A DNA stretch of 64,000 nt, taken from positions 62,001 to 126,000 of the IMG/VR virus record IMGVR_UViG_3300025121_000282. One strand, 5' to 3'. The notes beneath the pieces were generated by a model. The model was given only the letters and a program-made list of their open reading frames with translations. It was not told where the DNA came from and ran no database searches. Positions 10,101 through 20,166 of this stretch are shown piece by piece. Each line of letters opens with the position of its first letter. Within the stretch, counting starts at the first letter, position 1. Position numbers and translations under genes: made by a program.

Positions 10101-10463
10101 ATGGACAGATCTGAACAACTGCTATCCCTAGACCGCAAAATAGCTTCCAGTCTTTTCAACAAAAAACCTTGCACCTCATACTTGCTCTCCCCATACCCAG
10201 GTGGTGTGCATGTAGTACACAGCATGGTTGATGGCTGTTCACCCGATTGCATTTTGAACATTAACAACTCGTGGCCCCCGCCTTATTCATCCGATATCTC
10301 GGTCGCATGGGAACTGGTAGAGAAGTATCAGTTGTCTATACTGAGGTCTGACAACGGTTGGATAATCGAGTCTAAAGAGATGGGTATAAGTATGGAACGG
10401 GAGTCTGTGCCTTTGGCTATTAGTTTAGTGTCCTGGCTGATTCACTCTGCGGCTGAGAAATAG
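10101..10463 (+). CDS. phage ABA-sandwich (BC1872-like) domain protein
   Basis: PPYSSDISVAWELVEK motif and C-terminal PLAISLV. Confidence 0.55.
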   Translation: MDRSEQLLSLDRKIASSLFNKKPCTSYLLSPYPGGVHVVHSMVDGCSPDCILNINNSWPPPYSSDISVAWELVEKYQLSILRSDNGWIIESKEMGISMERESVPLAISLVSWLIHSAAEK

Positions 10464-11178
10464 GGTCAAGTGGCATCCCGCTAACTTCTTGCAGCAGGCT
10501 CCAGGCCCCATTAAAATTGTCATTTTTTAGAAATTTTTCCATCTCAGCTATTTGTGTGGGACTTGCCTTTTCCCAAAATACCACAAATTCTTGAAAGCCC
10601 AGATTACTCGGGCTTTGAGCGGATGATCGCATCTCTTTGGTCTTTTCTGATATGTGCTTTAAGGCAACATGTACCGCTTTGTTTTTTGCGCTTTTGTTTA
10701 TTGCTAAGTCGACTAGAGTATCCCCATACCACAATTGCACATTGTTGATGGTCCATCTAAACGCTGGTAACACATAACTGGAGTCCAGTCTTGAATTCAA
10801 CCCTTCCAGATACGTTACGAACATGTGTGGATGATACGCCAGGGGGGATTTGTCCATTACGCTGAAACCAGCAATGAGTAAATCATACACTAAATTCGTT
10901 CTGAGCGGTGAGAAATCATAACTGGAAGTAATAGACTGCCACACTATCGTTCTATTATTGTGCGGGTCGTTGATGTATTCTACTTGTTCGGTCTGCAGGG
11001 TTACCGACCCACCTACTTCGGATATTTTGTTTTGGCAGATGTCCGTAAGCTCGTTTAGCCTCTCGGTAGGCACACTACCGATGTACAACAAAGTGACATG
11101 TGGCCTCGAATCACCCGATTGACCGGATACTGCGTCTGGTAAAACAATTGATAGGCTCACGTTTGTATTGTTTGACAT
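10420..11178 (-). CDS. 2H phosphoesterase (LigT / 2'-5' RNA ligase-like)
   Basis: Two HxT-like motifs: PHVTLLY and YHPHMFV. Confidence 0.7.
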   Translation of the reverse strand: MSNNTNVSLSIVLPDAVSGQSGDSRPHVTLLYIGSVPTERLNELTDICQNKISEVGGSVTLQTEQVEYINDPHNNRTIVWQSITSSYDFSPLRTNLVYDLLIAGFSVMDKSPLAYHPHMFVTYLEGLNSRLDSSYVLPAFRWTINNVQLWYGDTLVDLAINKSAKNKAVHVALKHISEKTKEMRSSAQSPSNLGFQEFVVFWEKASPTQIAEMEKFLKNDNFNGAWSLLQEVSGMPLDPISQPQSESARTLN

Positions 11179-11239
11179 GTGACTTAGTTACCTCTTAAGT
11201 GATAAACTACCATAGAACAGCCACCGAATTGCAACTACA

Positions 11240-11788
11240 ATGCACACACTAGTACTAGGTGTGGATTTCATGCCTATCAACATAATACCGTGGCAAGCAG
11301 CAATTACTAAGCTGTTTCAGAATCGGGTTACAGTTCTCAGTTCTTACGACCGTGAGGTACGGTCTTTACATATGGCCATCCAGATCCCAGCGGTTGTGTT
11401 ATCGCGCGGCCGTAGAAATAAGAAGCGCAGAAGTCACCCTAACCGTAAAAATGTACTTGCCCGTGACGGGTACATGTGTCAGTACATGGGGTGCAAAACT
11501 AAAATACTTTCATCTGGTGTGATGCCATTTTCCAGTTTGACTATGGACCATGTAGTACCTCTATGTAAAGGTGGCAAAACAGTCTGGGTGAATTGCATTA
11601 CTGCGTGTTTCGCTTGTAACCAGATGAAGGGATGTTTGACACTGGAAGAATCAGGAATGGTGCTTAAGCGTAAACCGCGAGAACCAAGTTTTGTGGAACA
11701 AATTAGAATGATGTCTCCGTTCCCCACCATACCAGAAGTATGGCAACCATACCTTAATTTTTGCAATGAGAAGGGTACAGCTGCTTGA
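11240..11788 (+). CDS. HNH endonuclease (McrA/HNH_5-like)
   Basis: RDGYMCQY, TMDHVVP and NCITACFACNQMKG motifs. Confidence 0.85.
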   Translation: MHTLVLGVDFMPINIIPWQAAITKLFQNRVTVLSSYDREVRSLHMAIQIPAVVLSRGRRNKKRRSHPNRKNVLARDGYMCQYMGCKTKILSSGVMPFSSLTMDHVVPLCKGGKTVWVNCITACFACNQMKGCLTLEESGMVLKRKPREPSFVEQIRMMSPFPTIPEVWQPYLNFCNEKGTAA

Positions 11789-12141
11789 AGTACATATTTA
11801 GATTTGAGATAGAAGGTGGCATCGAATTTGGCATCGAAATCGACGGGGTGGGGGTCATACACAACGGAGTGCTGTCGGCCCACGATGTATATACGGACAA
11901 AGAGATCGCTGACCAAGCCCTTGATGTAATGCGTTTGCCACCTAATTTAGGCGGCATGGGTGCTAAGGTGGTCATGTCGCTTTTAGACCCCAAGGCACCA
12001 TTCAGACCTGGGAATGCCACAGATTTCAAGGACTTTGTAGCGAGAGTAAATGCCCGTAAAGAACACGGGATGAGAATTCGCAAAATATTTGATGGGGAAT
12101 TGGAAGTGCGCGAAATCCAGGATAACCGCGATAAACACTAG
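11785..12141 (+). CDS. hypothetical protein
   Basis: 118 aa ORF overlapping the HNH stop. Confidence 0.55.
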   Translation: MKYIFRFEIEGGIEFGIEIDGVGVIHNGVLSAHDVYTDKEIADQALDVMRLPPNLGGMGAKVVMSLLDPKAPFRPGNATDFKDFVARVNARKEHGMRIRKIFDGELEVREIQDNRDKH

Positions 12142-12186
12142 CCTATTTGTATTGTGGTTATGGCCACAAACACAAATAGGTGACAA

Positions 12187-12711
12187 ATGGTAACTTTAAT
12201 CATTGGGTGTATGTTTGCTGGTAAAACAGATACACTCCACACAAAATTAAACAGAGACTGCTTTGGTAAAAGAAGTGTGTACCTCACTACTAAAGACACT
12301 AGACATGGTGGTGATTCAGTTACGCATTCTGGCACTCCGGTAAGCGACAAAGTGATTTTGGTATCGTTGGAATGGCTGGTAGATAATGCCCACTTGTTAA
12401 ATAACACCACCGTGGGCATAGACGAAATTCAATTTATAGACACCACAGTGCTGATTCCTCTGATTCGTAAACTATCAACAAAAAATAGAGTGTTTCTGGC
12501 TGGGTTGGACCAAGACTATCTTGGTGAGTCATTTGAAACATCAATACGGGCTGTATCCGAGTCAGACAAAATTATTCGATGTAAGGCTTGCTGCGATAAG
12601 TGCGGCGCTGATGCCATCAGGACTCACAGAATCACAGATTCCACAGACCGGATTCTTGAGGGAGCTAAGGAATCCTACATACCCCTGTGCAAAGAGTGTA
12701 GAGGATTTTAA
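12187..12711 (+). CDS. tdk: thymidine kinase (type II)
   Basis: GCMFAGKT P-loop, GIDEIQF, AGLDQDY, Zn-lasso CDKC and CKEC. Confidence 0.92.
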   Translation: MVTLIIGCMFAGKTDTLHTKLNRDCFGKRSVYLTTKDTRHGGDSVTHSGTPVSDKVILVSLEWLVDNAHLLNNTTVGIDEIQFIDTTVLIPLIRKLSTKNRVFLAGLDQDYLGESFETSIRAVSESDKIIRCKACCDKCGADAIRTHRITDSTDRILEGAKESYIPLCKECRGF

Positions 12712-12752
12712 TAGCTGAAAATGCAGTCACCACACAAGGTTGTTGGGATAGA

Positions 12753-13781
12753 TTGATGGAAAAAATTAGCCACTCAGAACGCACTCTTGGCATTGTGTAT
12801 GGGACGGCTGTTTTCGATGCAATAGGAAAACAGGTCGAAGGGGTGAAGAATATAACTACACCCGTCACCGGTTACGGCCCGTACCAGGGTTCTTATGACC
12901 AACTAAAAAACTTGGCGCCAAATGAGTGGACAGATGATACCATACTCACTATAGCCACTGCTCTGGGGCTGGTTCGGGCTGGTTTCATGTCTATTGGATA
13001 TCAAACCAACGAATTAATCAGGGCATACAACAGGTACCCTGACAAAGGAATGGGTACTAGTACCAAGTTATCCATTCAGAAACTGGAAAAGGGAGTTGAG
13101 TGGGACCAAGCAGCTAAAGCAGGTGGTGGCACGGGTGTAGGCAACGGGGTGTGTATGAAAACTGCCATTATTGCTGCCTGGGCAACACGGGGTGACAGTT
13201 GTTTAGACCTGAAAACTGTGCTGGATTTTACTGAAAAAGTCGGTAGACTTACCCACCACGACCCTAGAGGCTATTTGCCCGGGGTGTATATGACTTGGTT
13301 AACTTATAAGTTAATGACGGGGTGCGAGGGCTCAAACAAACTTATACTAACACATGGCACCTATCCGGACAGATTGTTTAGAGAGCTAGTAGAATTTGCT
13401 TCAAACCAAGATAACATACACTACAGGGCTTCTAGTTTATCAGACTCTGTACACCTAAAGCTCCAGCTGGCCTACGACCTACCCGAACAAACAACAATAT
13501 TTGAAGCAGCCAGGATTCTGGGTACCAGTTGTTATGCCCCAGAGTCATTCTCATTTGTAATTTGGTGCTTCTTTCGGCATGTTCTGAACAGTACCAATCC
13601 TACACAGGCTATCCTAGATGCCATCAACTGCGGTGGCGACACAGACAGTGTAGGAGCTATGCTGGGAGCACTATACGGAGCATACGCAGGGCGTGCATGG
13701 ATACCTGCTGAGTTCCGTAATAAAGTGCACCGGACCAAACACTTATACTCTGTTGCTATACAGGTTTCTACTGCTCCTTAA
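12753..13781 (+). CDS. ADP-ribosylglycohydrolase (DraG/ARH family)
   Basis: FDAIG, WTDDT, GNGVCMK, THH and GGDTDSVGAMLGALYGA motifs. Confidence 0.9.
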   Translation: MMEKISHSERTLGIVYGTAVFDAIGKQVEGVKNITTPVTGYGPYQGSYDQLKNLAPNEWTDDTILTIATALGLVRAGFMSIGYQTNELIRAYNRYPDKGMGTSTKLSIQKLEKGVEWDQAAKAGGGTGVGNGVCMKTAIIAAWATRGDSCLDLKTVLDFTEKVGRLTHHDPRGYLPGVYMTWLTYKLMTGCEGSNKLILTHGTYPDRLFRELVEFASNQDNIHYRASSLSDSVHLKLQLAYDLPEQTTIFEAARILGTSCYAPESFSFVIWCFFRHVLNSTNPTQAILDAINCGGDTDSVGAMLGALYGAYAGRAWIPAEFRNKVHRTKHLYSVAIQVSTAP

Positions 13782-13786
13782 CCCTT

Positions 13787-14725
13787 TTGTTTGCTTTTGT
13801 TCATATGGAAAAGACAGCAATGAGAGTTAAGAAGTTTTATATGCGGGCGCCAGCTTCTCGGCGTAAGGCTAAGTTTTATAAGCGTAGGTGGCGCAGAGGC
13901 CGGGGCCATGTTATGGAGGTCAGAGGCCGAGTACGGAGACGATACCGTCCCCAGCGGTACAAAATCTTCCATGTCCGCCATCGTCGGTCTGACCTGGATA
14001 ACACTCTGGTCATGGCATCCCGAGTTGCTGCCGAATTTATAACCAAAGAGTTCCCATACAGTTGGTCCCCCGTAGAAGTAGAACCATCAGAGCATCCAGA
14101 CTTCGTGGGATACGTGGACTTTCAGGGTTTGGACATCGACCTTGAGAATCTGGCGGGCGATGTACGGTCAGGCGTAGACCCTCAAGGCAACTCATGGGAA
14201 GCCGAAACCATAGCTCATTATGGGGAAATACGTGGCACTGAGGGTGTTGATGGGGATTTGCTGGATGTGTATGTTGGCCCTAACCACGACTCCCCGACAG
14301 TGGTCGTAATCCATCAGCACACACCCGACACTGGCAAATACGACGAAGATAAGGTGATGGTGGGATGGGACTCAGTTGACCACGCTGTTCAGGCGTACAA
14401 GACCCAGTACAAGAAGCCCGGGTTTTACGTTGGGCTCCACACGGCCATCAACATAGGCCAATTCTGGCGTTGGGTAAATGACGTTAGAAACAAGGGGCAG
14501 AGGATAACTGATGACTCAGCCACGCAAAACACCTCCGAGGATGAGGTACCCGTCTGTGGCTGTGGGTATCCGATGGACTCGTGCCGGTGTGCCCTGGGAT
14601 GGGCCTGTCCGGCCTGTGGTGCCCACGGACTGGATGAGGCGGGCCAGCGTACGGTATCTGACAGGACCCGCTCTGAAGAGGCCCTAGAAGACATGGAGAG
14701 AGCCAGGGCCTCTCATAAGTATTAG
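13787..14725 (+). CDS. phage inorganic-pyrophosphatase-like (InPase) domain protein with Arg-rich N-terminus
   Basis: HYGEIRGTEGVDGDLLDVYVG and YDEDKVMVG motifs. Confidence 0.7.
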   Translation: MFAFVHMEKTAMRVKKFYMRAPASRRKAKFYKRRWRRGRGHVMEVRGRVRRRYRPQRYKIFHVRHRRSDLDNTLVMASRVAAEFITKEFPYSWSPVEVEPSEHPDFVGYVDFQGLDIDLENLAGDVRSGVDPQGNSWEAETIAHYGEIRGTEGVDGDLLDVYVGPNHDSPTVVVIHQHTPDTGKYDEDKVMVGWDSVDHAVQAYKTQYKKPGFYVGLHTAINIGQFWRWVNDVRNKGQRITDDSATQNTSEDEVPVCGCGYPMDSCRCALGWACPACGAHGLDEAGQRTVSDRTRSEEALEDMERARASHKY

Positions 14726-15654
14726 CAGTCCTCAGGCTCGTCGTAGGGAAGGTCTACACCAAAACATCTACCATCCTCTTTCCTCTTCTCCCACTTGTGG
14801 TCAATAACTTTCTCTACACCTAGTTTGTACACTCTGCCATCTAGTGCGATGTAAGTACCCGTTTGCATTTCCAGAGGTGAACTGCCTGTGTGCTCTGTTT
14901 TAGACTGAGGCTTGTACCCAATTGCTCTGTCCAGTTCAGCCATCATGTCACCAATTGGTGTCCCCTTTGGCAGCTTGAAAAATGTCATAAGTTTGGACAC
15001 CAAAGCGTCATATTCTTCTACGCGATTTTCCATAAAATAGGAGGTACTATTATTACAGTCTAGGTTCCCGGTAATTACCACGTCCTTCCAATCAGACGTC
15101 TCGTTGGGGTAGTAATAGGGGTAATCCCTCCTAATGAGTACTTTAATCTCCCGATCAGTTACCACATCAGTCACAACGCCGCCATAGCTGTCTTCACCGT
15201 TCTCTACGCGCCAGTACTCTTCTTTTTCACAGTATGAGACAGCATCCCCAAGTTGGGGTGCTTTCCCATTCAGGTACCCATACTTTTGATTGCGGTACAC
15301 ATAGTCCACTATAAACTTGCGCGCTAGACCGTCTACAGTTACAGCACCTGTGGCTTGGCAGTGTGTGGGACTCTTCACAACTATTCCTACAGGAGTATCC
15401 CCGTTTTCATATTTTCTCAATTTGGACTCAATGGGTGATATGCCAACTATATCACCCGGTGCCACACTCCCTGCATCAAAGTGCATCAACTCACCTATTG
15501 TCCCTGTGTACGCATCAGGTAGGACAACAATTTTACTTTTGTCCTTGTTTTCTAAGGCGTACCTTAGTGCTATTTCCAAATCGTCGACATCAGTCTCTTT
15601 TAAATCCCAGGCTTGCATCCCGACCCACATACTGCGCTCTAATTTGTTGTTCAT
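14722..15654 (-). CDS. hypothetical protein
   Basis: 310 aa ORF. Confidence 0.65.
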   Translation of the reverse strand: MNNKLERSMWVGMQAWDLKETDVDDLEIALRYALENKDKSKIVVLPDAYTGTIGELMHFDAGSVAPGDIVGISPIESKLRKYENGDTPVGIVVKSPTHCQATGAVTVDGLARKFIVDYVYRNQKYGYLNGKAPQLGDAVSYCEKEEYWRVENGEDSYGGVVTDVVTDREIKVLIRRDYPYYYPNETSDWKDVVITGNLDCNNSTSYFMENRVEEYDALVSKLMTFFKLPKGTPIGDMMAELDRAIGYKPQSKTEHTGSSPLEMQTGTYIALDGRVYKLGVEKVIDHKWEKRKEDGRCFGVDLPYDEPEDC

Positions 15655-15926
15655 CTTTGATCCAGTCTACTCAGTTTAACCATGTTGGCGGTGGCATACG
15701 CGTGTTCATTTCTAGCGTCGGCATACCGCTCACTCTGGTATTCTTTGTCTTTGATAATTAAATCTGGAAGTTGGGCCGCGTAGGCTAGTGCGGTGGGGTG
15801 GTCTATGAGACAAATGTCTCTTCGGGCTACTTCATAGTCTTTTAGAAGACCCCAGATCTCCTCGTCGGTTAAAGACTCAAATACCCACTGGTCAGTACCA
15901 TCGCTCGTCAGCCACCAATTAGCCAT
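15651..15926 (-). CDS. hypothetical protein
   Basis: 91 aa ORF, ATGA-coupled to the downstream gene. Confidence 0.55.
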   Translation of the reverse strand: MANWWLTSDGTDQWVFESLTDEEIWGLLKDYEVARRDICLIDHPTALAYAAQLPDLIIKDKEYQSERYADARNEHAYATANMVKLSRLDQR

Positions 15927-16024
15927 TTTGGTTATGATCCTTTGTGTTTATTGTACACCCAGGATTAAAACGCTAAATACAGCTGTGGGCAGGTACCGTT
16001 TCCAGTCCTGCCCACAGCGCGGTA

Positions 16025-17146
16025 TTACTCGGCAGCAGCGTCATCCCCAGTATCCGGGGTGGGCTCGGAGGCGATGATCTGCTCGATGTCCTCGCCACGA
16101 GCCACCCGGGCAAACACCTCGAAAGCGTTCCGGCGAACCTTGGCCGACACATTCCAGTGATTGGCAATGAACCGGGTGTCCTCATCACGACCGTACTGGT
16201 GGGTCAGGTAGTAAGTGACACCGTTGTAAAGGCCCCACGCCGTACCCTCAGCAGTCTCGTGACCGGGGGACGTGCTCGTCAGTTCCATGACCGCGTCCCG
16301 CCACTCCGTGGCTTTGGCAGCAGAACCACCACCAGCGGGGTCAGGACGGAGGAAATTGAGAAGCAGCTTGGCATTCTCTTCCGTGACGGGCGTCGCCGCC
16401 ATGGCTTGGTACACCTCCACCACGTTGTCGAACCGCTGGTGAATCTTCACCACATGCTCCGACAGGAACTTAAGGGCCTCTCGCATCTTCCGGGTGTGGG
16501 GAATACCGATGTTCCGCTCGGAATTCTCCTTCAGCGCGGCATTCAGCGTGTTCTGACACACCACCCGAGTGCCGGTGGGCTTGAAGAACACGCTGGACGA
16601 GCCGTCGTGGGCCGTGCCAAGAAGAAGGTAAAGCTCCACCTCATCACCGGGGACCACCAGTTTGGTGCTGTTCACCACCTTCGCCATGATGCACACCCGG
16701 CGCCCATCCTGGAGGGCGATGGCCGTCTCATACCGGATCAGCCCGGCCTCGACCGCAGGCTCGAAGAAGGCGAAGGCCTCTTCGTTTTGGAGGACCTCGT
16801 AGCGGCTGGTGACCGGGCCCCAAAGGGGGTGGGAATAGCTAGGTCCTTCGTGGACCGCCATCCCATCCTCTGCCTCATTGGCTTCTTCGTCCGCCTGCGC
16901 CGGGTCGATTTCGTCCGTACGCATGACCCAATACTTGTCGTCGGCAGGAAGGAAGGACACCTCGCCATCAGCATTCATGACGTTGGCACCGGCCTGGATC
17001 TTGGTCAGACCCCACCCGCCCAACCGAGAGGCCTGCATCATCCGTGCGCCATCAGTGCACTCCTCATCGGTGAGAGGCACGCCCTTACCATGCCACGGGA
17101 CACCACCAGAAATCGCATAGGCCATAGTCTTGACTGCGTCAGCCAT
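16025..17146 (-). CDS. DUF932 family phage/plasmid-like protein (TIGR03299-like)
   Basis: PWHGKG, YEVLQNEEAFAFF, ETAIALQDGRRV, AHDGSS, RVVCQNTL, GTAWGLYNGVT; likely ATG at 17146; GC-rich. Confidence 0.85.
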   Translation of the reverse strand: MADAVKTMAYAISGGVPWHGKGVPLTDEECTDGARMMQASRLGGWGLTKIQAGANVMNADGEVSFLPADDKYWVMRTDEIDPAQADEEANEAEDGMAVHEGPSYSHPLWGPVTSRYEVLQNEEAFAFFEPAVEAGLIRYETAIALQDGRRVCIMAKVVNSTKLVVPGDEVELYLLLGTAHDGSSSVFFKPTGTRVVCQNTLNAALKENSERNIGIPHTRKMREALKFLSEHVVKIHQRFDNVVEVYQAMAATPVTEENAKLLLNFLRPDPAGGGSAAKATEWRDAVMELTSTSPGHETAEGTAWGLYNGVTYYLTHQYGRDEDTRFIANHWNVSAKVRRNAFEVFARVARGEDIEQIIASEPTPDTGDDAAAE

Positions 17147-17241
17147 TTTTGAGTTCCTCCTTGTTTTTAATTGCTGTCTCTTCCTGGGTCCTTCATCCAC
17201 AGAGAGACAGAGTCAATCCTGTATTTGTATAATTTTCAGTT

Positions 17242-17643
17242 ATGAGACTCGCAATAATTGGTAGCAGAACCTTTGATGACTTAACACTGATGACCACCGT
17301 CATCCGTGGCTTCTTAAATTCCAAACACAGAATAGACATGTTGGTCTCTGGCGGTGCCAGGGGTGCTGATTCGTTGGCAGAGATGGTGGCTAAAGAGCTT
17401 GACATTCCTATAAATGTGTACGAAGTAACTCCTGAAGACTGGAGTAAATATGGAAAGTCTGCCGGTCACAGGAGAAACATTAAAATCGAAGAGAACTCCG
17501 ACGCTGTGCTAGCCTTTTGCAGTGGGAAATTTGGAAGCACGCCCGGGACCAAAAACTGCGTAGACAAATTTCTAAAATCTAAGAAGCCTGTGGTTATAAT
17601 TGAGCATTATTCTAACAACACTCACAAAATATACAAACTATGA
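17242..17643 (+). CDS. SLOG-family (DUF2493/YspA-like) protein
   Basis: IIGSRTF, VSGGARGAD, KSAGHRRN and TPGTKN motifs. Confidence 0.8.
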   Translation: MRLAIIGSRTFDDLTLMTTVIRGFLNSKHRIDMLVSGGARGADSLAEMVAKELDIPINVYEVTPEDWSKYGKSAGHRRNIKIEENSDAVLAFCSGKFGSTPGTKNCVDKFLKSKKPVVIIEHYSNNTHKIYKL

Positions 17644-17829
17644 CTTGCTTGCACTGCTGCAACGCGTGGGCGCTGTAGAACACTCTTCGCATAATAGTGT
17701 GTCTTGCAGGTTCTCTACCAGCTTAGACGCTGCTTGTGTGCTCATTATGCCGTATGCACTTTTGCTCTTACACATTAGGCACATCCACACAACTATAAAT
17801 CCATTTGTTCTTCTATCAATTAATGTCAT
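17638..17829 (-). CDS. hypothetical Zn-ribbon protein
   Basis: CLMC and CEEC motifs. Confidence 0.4.
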   Translation of the reverse strand: MTLIDRRTNGFIVVWMCLMCKSKSAYGIMSTQAASKLVENLQDTLLCEECSTAPTRCSSASKS

Positions 17830-18082
17830 GACATGCTATTTCCGGTCTTGTGTATTCTAGGTCAGGGAGCAACACGTCCCCATGTGTAACTAGCCGCACC
17901 ATTTCACGAGGGTTTGACACCATAGGGGACAGTAAAGAGGACGATATGGTTGTTGTAACGCCGTTTATGTCTTTTGTGTATAACTCGATAGTTGATACTG
18001 AACCACTTACACTTGTTACTTTACAAACACCAGCATCTAGAAGGCCTACTGGGCAAAGATACCACCTGCCTATTGTTGCCAT
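17816..18082 (-). CDS. hypothetical protein
   Basis: 88 aa ORF. Confidence 0.5.
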   Translation of the reverse strand: MATIGRWYLCPVGLLDAGVCKVTSVSGSVSTIELYTKDINGVTTTISSSLLSPMVSNPREMVRLVTHGDVLLPDLEYTRPEIACHDIN

Positions 18083-18131
18083 GTGTATTCTCCATTGCTA
18101 CTGTACAATATGCTTGTAGACATGGTATTGC

Positions 18132-18458
18132 TTAGTCAATCAGGTCTATATTGAGTTGGACTAAATTGAGACTCTCGGGTTCAGCTCCCATTTGTGCTGC
18201 TAACACCAACGCCGACTCTATGCTCAACCTTTGGGATTTGTTATTGGGCTTAGCTTTATCGGAGTGTATTGCGCTCCATACCCTAGGCCCTCTTCTACAC
18301 AACAAAACACCATTTCCAACGCTTATAACAACTGCGTTCCTTACAATGTGAATAAGCTGCGTGTTTTGTTTTTCCAAAAATTGAATCGTGGATATTATGT
18401 TTTCCAGCGTCTCTTTTTGGATAGTAACTGTCGGTGGTGTGTCCATTGATTGAAACAC
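18132..18458 (-). CDS. hypothetical protein
   Basis: 108 aa ORF. Confidence 0.5.
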   Translation of the reverse strand: MFQSMDTPPTVTIQKETLENIISTIQFLEKQNTQLIHIVRNAVVISVGNGVLLCRRGPRVWSAIHSDKAKPNNKSQRLSIESALVLAAQMGAEPESLNLVQLNIDLID

Positions 18459-18479
18459 TTTAAAGAACGGTTATTAAAA

Positions 18480-19145
18480 ATGTCACTACCTACGGTTGAA
18501 TTGTGGACAGATGGGTCTGTTTATCCAAACCCTGGTGGACCGGGGGGATGGGCTTGCTTGATGCGATATTACAAGTCTAATGCTGGAACTTATCAGACCA
18601 AGACATTTGGTGGCGGGCTATTCTCTACAACCAATAACAGGGCAGAACTTACGGCTGTTTTAGAGGGTATCAGAAGAATACTTATGCCCTGTGTTGTGCA
18701 TTTATACTCAGACTCCGAAGTTACAGTACGGTGTTTGACTGGAAAGTACGGGAAGAATAGCAATACAGACCTGTGGGATGAATTGGATTCTGTCATTAAA
18801 GAAAAGAAGCACCAAATAGTGGCTAGGCACATGTTGGCGCACCTCAAAGCCCCTAACGACCGGTTGAGGGCTATGGCAGAAGAATACGGTTTGAATCCAT
18901 CAGAGATGATCCAATACAACGCCGCCTGTGACAGTTTGGCCAATCAGCACAGGATTGATACGTTGAAATCTATTTCTGGGGTGGTATTGATGGAAGATGA
19001 CGAAACTGTGGTTTGTGAGAACTGCAAACAGTACCATTTCAGCAAAGATACTACGTACTGTGAGCCATCTAAGTTGGTTTACACCCACAGGAGGAATGTT
19101 AAACTGAAGAGAGAGGTGGACTCTTTTCACTCGCCGGGAGCTTGA
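18480..19145 (+). CDS. rnhA: ribonuclease HI
   Basis: WTDGS...NPGGPGGW, TTNNRAELTAV, SDSE, C-terminal ACDSLA catalytic Asp. Confidence 0.88.
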   Translation: MSLPTVELWTDGSVYPNPGGPGGWACLMRYYKSNAGTYQTKTFGGGLFSTTNNRAELTAVLEGIRRILMPCVVHLYSDSEVTVRCLTGKYGKNSNTDLWDELDSVIKEKKHQIVARHMLAHLKAPNDRLRAMAEEYGLNPSEMIQYNAACDSLANQHRIDTLKSISGVVLMEDDETVVCENCKQYHFSKDTTYCEPSKLVYTHRRNVKLKREVDSFHSPGA

Positions 19146-19492
19146 GACTTTTCTACGCCGCAAAATTCTTTAGCGCGAGCGATCTCTTCCGGGTCACCGC
19201 TGCCCAGGGCGTGGCCAGCCAACACACCTCGCAGAAGATTCCAAGAAGCTTGCTGTGCATCCTTGGTCCGCTCACCGCTCTCAGCCCACACACCCTGCTC
19301 GAACGCTTTGGCCAAGCTAAGTCGTAGATTTGTTTCGAATTGGTCCCAATCGAAATTTTGGCTCAAAAGTGGCCCAAGTTGACCCTTTACAATATACCGA
19401 AGCAAACCTACGGACTCTTCCATGCTCTTATTTTTAAGCCGCATGCCGTCAAAGTAACTGGTGGTGAGACGGTCGAATTCTGTGTCGTGCAT
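19127..19492 (-). CDS. hypothetical protein
   Basis: 121 aa ORF. Confidence 0.55.
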   Translation of the reverse strand: MHDTEFDRLTTSYFDGMRLKNKSMEESVGLLRYIVKGQLGPLLSQNFDWDQFETNLRLSLAKAFEQGVWAESGERTKDAQQASWNLLRGVLAGHALGSGDPEEIARAKEFCGVEKSQAPGE

Positions 19493-19544
19493 GGCTATTC
19501 CAACTCCTTCCCTATAATTACTTATTGCTTATGGTGCGTCAATA

Positions 19545-19940
19545 CTACCTTTTGTGGGTCTCTATAATGAGCCCTGCCAATGAGAATCTCCACCCAGTTC
19601 TTTTATTTGCAATTCCATAAAATTGAGGCAAAATGCTAAATGGGGAGCGGTCGTCGTAACCCCAACCGATAAAAGTCTGTCTTTTTAATTTTGTGCTGTG
19701 TTGGTTGTACTGGTAAACTACCAAACCAAGGTAGGTTTCGTCTTTGTCCCAATTTTTTGTTTCTATGTGCACGCGAGTGGTTAGATACTCCGACAGTACC
19801 CCCACTAATGTAGCTAATGCGAAGTAGTAAATTATCCTACCCATACATTCCCATCTTGCACTCTGAACAGTAATTTTCGTAGCAATGAATGTCTCCGAAC
19901 AGTTTACCTCTGGACTTGACCAAGGCGTCTGCAGCAGCAC
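19545..19940 (-). CDS. hypothetical membrane protein
   Basis: ORF with hydrophobic segment; start probably MGRII. Confidence 0.45.
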   Translation of the reverse strand: MLLQTPWSSPEVNCSETFIATKITVQSARWECMGRIIYYFALATLVGVLSEYLTTRVHIETKNWDKDETYLGLVVYQYNQHSTKLKRQTFIGWGYDDRSPFSILPQFYGIANKRTGWRFSLAGLIIETHKR

Positions 19941-20166
19941 AATCGGTGTGCCTGTTGCAACTGTTTACTATTTCTGTTATGGGCTGTTGGCGGAGATGTC
20001 TAAATACTTCGTTACGAATGAATACTGGCACGCATGCTGCTTCGTTAATGTTGAACCTTACTGTAATAGTAAGTTCATTTGCGTCCCTTGTTGACTCCAG
20101 TATCTTTACCATCACCGAAGACTGTTCTAAATGCGTTAAAGTTGTTGTCATTGCCGTAGATAGCAA
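19837..20166 (-). CDS. hypothetical protein
   Basis: 109 aa ORF. Confidence 0.45.
   Translation of the reverse strand: MLSTAMTTTLTHLEQSSVMVKILESTRDANELTITVRFNINEAACVPVFIRNEVFRHLRQQPITEIVNSCNRHTDCAAADALVKSRGKLFGDIHCYENYCSECKMGMYG

Noticed and set aside
16157-17152. Long antisense ORFs (also 6795-7682, 62168-63151, 49968-50651, 42265-42786)
   Set aside because: These are shadow frames opposite GC-rich or recognisable genes and have no motifs of their own.
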